Shown here piece after piece: positions 62,433 through 64,000 of a DNA stretch of 64,000 nucleotides. Position 1 is the first letter of the stretch. Each line of letters begins with the position of its first letter. The notes under the pieces were generated by a model. The model made no database searches. It had not been told where the DNA came from and was given only the letters and a program-made list of their open reading frames with translations. Source of the DNA: Hydrolagus colliei (lineage: Eukaryota); assembly GCA_035084275.1 (NCBI GenBank), contig CM068743.1, forward strand, positions 77,996,001 through 78,060,000. Reading direction: 5' to 3'. Made by a program: the position numbers and the translations under genes.

Positions 62433-63159
62433 GAGCTAGGCCGAGAATAGAAATACATCTTGAGTGGATCGGAGACACTTTTTGATGGTACTTACTCGGT
62501 TATTTCTCTCTTCCACCATAACAGATGAACTCTGCTGGTTAATAAATTTTAACTACAGAGAATTAAGGTAACAAATGATGTAATGGCACCAATGATCACA
62601 GTTAAACATAAAAATCGGCTGAAATATTCTTAACCTCAAAGTGTCTCTTGAAGTCACTTTATTGGGCTTCGGTAATGCAACAGCTGAAATGATTGTTGCT
62701 GAAATACCGATTGTTGCTGAAATCGGTAATTTCAGCAACAGCTGAAATGAAATATTGGTCATTCACTTTCATGGTTGCTTTTACAAATTTGCTTAAATGT
62801 ACAGTCACTAAACCTCACGGTAAATCCTATGAAGTGCCTTTAGATGTCTCAATGACATGGTAAAATGCTATAATCTAACGCTCTTGTTAATTTACGATTG
62901 TGCTTGTTAGTTGTAGTCATTAGCTGAATGATTAAATGTTGAATCAATTGATTTCTGATTCACTTGTTTCTTCTGAGTGTCACTATATGTAATCTGAGCT
63001 ATTTAGTGAAGGAAGGACCAATCCTGAATGATGTTAATTTTTCCCAGTTACATTGCTAGGACTGCGGACGCTTTTTAATAGTTAGACTATCCTCACTACA
63101 TGAAAGGCACTATCCAAATATAATTTTGTTGTTGTTAATAATAAATGTGGTTTTACCTG

Positions 63160-64000
63160 AGATAGATATGGTGGTGCCAGAGGACTGGAAGGTTACGAAT
63201 TTTACTCCCCTGTATAAAAAGGGGCAGAAGGACAAACCTGGAAACTACAGGGCAATCAGTCTAACGTCAGTAGTGGGCAAACTTCTAGAGTCTATAATCA
63301 AGGACAAGATAGATCTTCACTTAGAAAGATGTAGGCTAATAAAGGACAGCCAGCATTTATTTGTTAAAGGCAAATCTTGCCTTACAAATCTGATAGAATT
63401 TTCTGATGAGTTAATGGAATGGATGGACAAGAGTAGCGCAGTTGATGTAGTTTACATGGACTTTCAAAAGGCATTTGACAAAGTGCTGCATGAGAGGCTT
63501 ATTAGGAAAGTAGAGGCCCATGGCATTAAAGGGACAGTGGCAGCGTGGATCCACAACTGGTTGTGAGACAGAAAGCAGAGAGTTGTGGTGAGTGGCTGTT
63601 TTTCAGACTGGAGGGAAGTGTGCAGGGATTGGTTTTGATACCACTGCTCTTTTTAATATATATTAATGATCTGCACTTGGCTGTAGGGAGCACAGTTTCC
63701 AAGTTTGCAGATGATACTAAGTTAGGGAGAATAGTAAATAGTGAGGAGGATAGTAACCATCTGCAAGAAGATATAGATAAAATGGTAAAGTGGGCAGACA
63801 CATGGCAGATGATGTTTAATGCAGAGAAGTGTGAGGTGATACATTTTGGGAGAAGGAATGAGGAGAGGCAATACTGGCTAGATAGTACAATTTTAAGGGC
63901 TGTGAGGGAACAGAGAGACCTGGGGATTTGTGTTAGTGACTCTTTGAAGGTGGCAGGACAGGTAGACAAAGCCGTTAAGAAGGCATATGGGATACTAGGC
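63160..64000 (+). pseudogene. CR1-clade LINE ORF2 reverse-transcriptase region, disabled, running off the window end
   Basis: VPEDWKVTNFTPLYKKG, PGNYRAISLTSVVGKLLE, KSCLTNLIEF, DVVYMDFQKAFDKV and KFADDTKLG; in-frame TGA at 63564-66 and a deletion in the GVPQG motif. Confidence 0.95.

Noticed and set aside
63526-63969. 147-aa ORF on the minus strand
   Set aside because: Antisense shadow of the CR1 RT
1-64000. Host protein-coding exons among the short ORFs in the track
   Set aside because: None shows recognisable protein homology other than LINE RT; most overlap repeats. A very short exon cannot be excluded by eye

Overview
This is eukaryotic, AT-rich, non-coding vertebrate DNA (gene desert or very large intron). 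The repeat complement points to a cartilaginous fish, probably a holocephalan such as Callorhinchus; this comes from recall of repeat families, not a database search. I found no host protein-coding exon, true tRNA/rRNA gene or CRISPR array. The only real protein homologies are retrotransposon reverse-transcriptase remnants: L2-clade LINEs (best ORF 10361-11476) and CR1-clade LINEs (best 63160-64000). The window also holds many tRNA-Ala-headed SINEs with L2-like tails, older Deu-domain SINEs, an LF-SINE-like copy, a Penelope-type fragment with a decayed hammerhead core, an internally deleted Gypsy-like LTR element, and Tigger-, hAT- and hairpin-type MITEs, several of them nested. Repeat-free blocks between the repeats look like conserved non-coding elements (CNEs). 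The most notable observations are a covarying 3' hairpin shared by several LINE/SINE tail types, many tail-only insertions, a composite CORE-like plus Deu-like SINE, and candidate CNEs near 58-59.7 kb. I see no evidence for a novel multi-gene system. Boundaries of old repeats are approximate.
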